Below, in pieces: positions 40,676 through 42,602 of a DNA stretch of 42,602 nucleotides. The notes beneath the pieces were generated by a model. The model worked only from the letters and a program-made list of their open reading frames with translations, made no database searches and had not been told where the DNA came from. The stretch is taken from the IMG/VR virus record IMGVR_UViG_3300037467_001116; one strand, given 5' to 3'. Made by a program: the position numbers and the translations under genes. Within the stretch, counting starts at the first letter, position 1; the number at the start of each line of letters is the position of its first letter. This stretch comes from a virus.

Positions 40676-41196
40676 TGGGCAAGCGGTCGTCATTCGAGCG
40701 AGTCCCCCGCGACTTTTATCCGACGCCCTACCCGGCGGTCGTTCCGTTGCTCGCGCACCTTCGCCCGGAGACGCGGTTCGTCGAGCCGTGCGCTGGCGGC
40801 GGGGCATTGATCGAACACCTCCGCCGCCACGGCCACAAATGCGTTCTCGCTTACGATATCAAGCCGCTTCGCGATGGGATTTCCATGGCCGATGCCAGGA
40901 CGGGCCCGGTCGATCCGTTCGCGGTGACGATCACCAACCCGCCGTGGGACCGCAATATCCTTCACCCGTTGATCGAGCGGTTCAGCGCGGTCGGGCCCAC
41001 GTGGTTCCTGTTCGACGCCGACTGGATGCACACCAAGCAATCCGCGCCCTACATGAAGTGGCTCCACAAGATCGTCTCGGTTGGCCGGGTGAAATGGATC
41101 GAGGACTCGCCCTTCACCGGCAAGGATAACTGCTGCTGGTATCTGTTCGATCAGACTTGTGAGGCCCCGGCCCAATTTATCGGGAGGGCCGCATGA
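40675..41196 (+). CDS. Small SAM-dependent (probable N6-adenine DNA) methyltransferase, orphan
   Basis: FYPTP, EPCAGGGAL (motif I) and ITNPPW (motif IV). 173 aa. No restriction-enzyme partner seen. Confidence 0.6.
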   Translation: MGKRSSFERVPRDFYPTPYPAVVPLLAHLRPETRFVEPCAGGGALIEHLRRHGHKCVLAYDIKPLRDGISMADARTGPVDPFAVTITNPPWDRNILHPLIERFSAVGPTWFLFDADWMHTKQSAPYMKWLHKIVSVGRVKWIEDSPFTGKDNCCWYLFDQTCEAPAQFIGRAA

Positions 41197-41339
41197 CTGA
41201 AGAGCAGCGCCCCTATTACGAGGGAAAGAGGATGGCTTACGTCGAGCAGCGCGGGGAGCTGGACGCTAAAATCCGGTGGCTTGACGAGCTTTTGGGCGTG
41301 AAACCGAGTGGAGGCGTAGATGGCAAGAAAGCGCGGTAG
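41193..41339 (+). CDS. 48-aa hypothetical protein
   Basis: ATGA overlap and GGGAGGG Shine-Dalgarno. MTEEQRPYYEGKRMAYVEQRGELDAKIRWLDELLG... Confidence 0.4.
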   Translation: MTEEQRPYYEGKRMAYVEQRGELDAKIRWLDELLGVKPSGGVDGKKAR

Positions 41340-41976
41340 ACCGAGGAAGGAAGGGCCACGCGATCTTAGCGGTCGCCTGCTCGCCAACATTCCACCTTGC
41401 GAACGAGTCCAACAGAGGAGGGAGCTTTATGCCTTCGTCCGGCCAACGAAAGGCCCGGAAGGGCGCGGCGGATCGATCGACCAGGACGTGTGCGACGGTA
41501 TTGGTCAGCTTCATGCGCTTGGCCTTCTCGACGGACATGGATTCGATGCTCAAGACCTCCGTGACGCCGGGCGCCAGTGGCGGGATCACTACTGCGCGCT
41601 GATGAGGGGCCAAGGGTTCAAGACCGGCTCCTACGAACGCACGGACAAATCGCGATCTGAGCCGCGCTACACATCGCGGGACGAACGGTTCGACCGAACG
41701 GACATGGATTTGCGCGGGCTTGAGCGCAGCGCCCTGCTGAGCCTCCTGATCGATCCTGTCGTGGGATCTAGACCAGATGGCAAGGAGGATGCCCCGTGGG
41801 TCATGTCTCACATCGCTTATGCCCTGCTGGAGCGCAAGAAGATGATTCCGGCGTGGATGCAGCCCTGTCGTTTTCCGGACGCCCACGACCACGACTTGCT
41901 GGCAGCGGCCATTCGCGGGTTGCTGATCCTGGTCGATGGCAGCCTGCCGGCGAGATTTGAGCGGCGGGCGGCGTGA
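41320..41976 (+). CDS. Hypothetical protein; candidate late-gene regulator by position
   Basis: 218 aa with a basic N-terminus (MARKRGRPRKEGPR). Last gene before the intergenic promoter/terminator unit that precedes the late genes. Confidence 0.4.
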   Translation: MARKRGRPRKEGPRDLSGRLLANIPPCERVQQRRELYAFVRPTKGPEGRGGSIDQDVCDGIGQLHALGLLDGHGFDAQDLRDAGRQWRDHYCALMRGQGFKTGSYERTDKSRSEPRYTSRDERFDRTDMDLRGLERSALLSLLIDPVVGSRPDGKEDAPWVMSHIAYALLERKKMIPAWMQPCRFPDAHDHDLLAAAIRGLLILVDGSLPARFERRAA

Positions 41977-41984
41977 GATTTTTC

Positions 41985-42015
41985 TTGACTTTGTTCCCGA
42001 TTTGTGCTTTACAAA
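41985..42015 (+). promoter_or_regulatory. Possible promoter (TTGACT ... TACAAA)
   Basis: TTGACT at 41985. The -10 candidates are weak (TTTACA at 17-nt spacing, or TACAAA at 19-nt spacing). Confidence 0.25.
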
Positions 42016-42034
42016 ATGCGAAGCTTGGAATTGC

Positions 42035-42065
42035 GCCCGCCGGAGACGATCCGCGCGGGCTTTTT
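42035..42065 (+). terminator. Strong rho-independent terminator between early-right and late genes
   Basis: GCCCGCCGGA / TCCG(C)GCGGGC stem (10 bp with one bulge), 5-nt loop, then TTTTT. Confidence 0.6.
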
Positions 42066-42201
42066 CGTATTCGCGCGCGAGCCTGACACTCCCCCCAAAG
42101 CGAGTGTTGCAGTGCGCGACGGTCAGCAAAGCCTCTCAGGCCCGAGACAGACGTCGATTGCGGCAAGAAGCGCAACCTGACCACCCATTCAGGAGGACAA
42201 C

Positions 42202-42510
42202 ATGCCTCCGCGTTCAACAGCCCGCAAACATGCGATCGTCGCGAAGGATGATCCGGTGCCCGAAATTGCGTCCGAACTCGCCGAAGCCTTGCGACGGTGC
42301 GCGGACGAGCTCGCGGGTATTGGCGGATCGCTGGCCTATCTGGCTGCGGCAAAGCACAGCGGAACCGCTGGAGAGCAACGGCAACTGGCAGCCGTGATTT
42401 ACCACACGTCGATCCAGAGGTTCGGCGGCGTTAAGTATGACGGTGAGCCGATCGCCCAGAAAGACCTGGACGAGCTGACCAAGGTGTTCCGGGCGCTGAT
42501 GCGAAAATGA
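42202..42510 (+). CDS. Hypothetical protein (first late-operon gene)
   Basis: 102 aa. ATG 6 nt after AGGAGG. Confidence 0.55.
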   Translation: MPPRSTARKHAIVAKDDPVPEIASELAEALRRCADELAGIGGSLAYLAAAKHSGTAGEQRQLAAVIYHTSIQRFGGVKYDGEPIAQKDLDELTKVFRALMRK

Positions 42511-42602
42511 TCTGGTTCCTCCCGCTCCGAGATGGCGGGCGGGTGATTAACTGGACGGGCTGGCTGCCGAGCGAATGGTCAGAGGCTCAAAGGACTCGCT
42601 GC
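42507..42602 (+). CDS. 5' portion of the junction-spanning 63-aa ORF (continues at nt 1 via the repeat)
   Basis: ATGA overlap with the preceding stop. See feature 1..188. Confidence 0.5.
   Translation, partial: MIWFLPLRDGGRVINWTGWLPSEWSEAQRTRC
42511..42602. repeat. Direct terminal repeat, copy 2
   Basis: Identical to 1..92. Confidence 0.95.

Noticed and set aside
41266-42129. 287-aa - strand ORF (also 41801..42352 and 37028..37840 on the - strand)
   Set aside because: They run antisense to coupled + strand genes and straight through the + strand terminator/intergenic region. The composition is Arg/Pro/Ala-rich and no ribosome-binding context was seen. Treated as shadows.

Overview
The first 92 nt (1..92) are identical to the last 92 nt (42511..42602), so this window is one complete, circularly closing or terminally redundant genome of 42,510 bp. 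It is a G+C-rich temperate tailed phage or prophage. All functional calls below come from motif reading only; no database search was run. Layout: (i) a + strand late/structural block (about 284..18423) with small and large terminase, portal, scaffold, HK97-fold major capsid, adaptor/tubular-like proteins, an S74-chaperone protein, an M15 peptidase, a 1082-aa internal protein and tail fibres. No tape measure or sheath was seen, so a podovirus-like virion is inferred. (ii) A lower-G+C accessory island (18280..19511) with a membrane di-iron fatty-acid-hydroxylase gene on the opposite strand and two sub-60-aa ORFs, one resembling the alphaproteobacterial anti-sigma factor NepR. (iii) A DEDD exonuclease and a lysis block (GH24 endolysin, holin-like protein, secreted trypsin-like protease, i-spanin-like protein, lipoprotein), interrupted by a frameshifted HNH-AP2 endonuclease. 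(iv) A long - strand early-left/lysogeny operon (36312 down to 23379). It starts with a pentapeptide-repeat protein and also holds a Rad52-like annealase, an SSB-like protein, a Ref-like nuclease, several HNH endonucleases, chains of translationally coupled micro-ORFs, a tyrosine integrase, a candidate attP with GGTTAGACA repeats, and a GIY-YIG protein that shares the integrase N-terminal domain. (v) A lambda-like switch: an XRE repressor, a divergent Cro-like gene and a repeated 17-bp operator-like motif. (vi) A + strand early-right/replication operon with RusA, a DnaA-domain-IV protein, an initiator-like gene carrying internal iterons plus a polypurine A+T-rich tract, a small methyltransferase, and a candidate late regulator followed by a strong terminator. 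Genes are tightly packed with many ATGA/GTGA/TTGA 4-nt overlaps, and I used these overlaps to place starts. Many long ORFs in the supplied track are antisense shadows typical of high-G+C DNA. An alphaproteobacterial host is inferred from the NepR-like ORF and the overall gene style; it is not proven.
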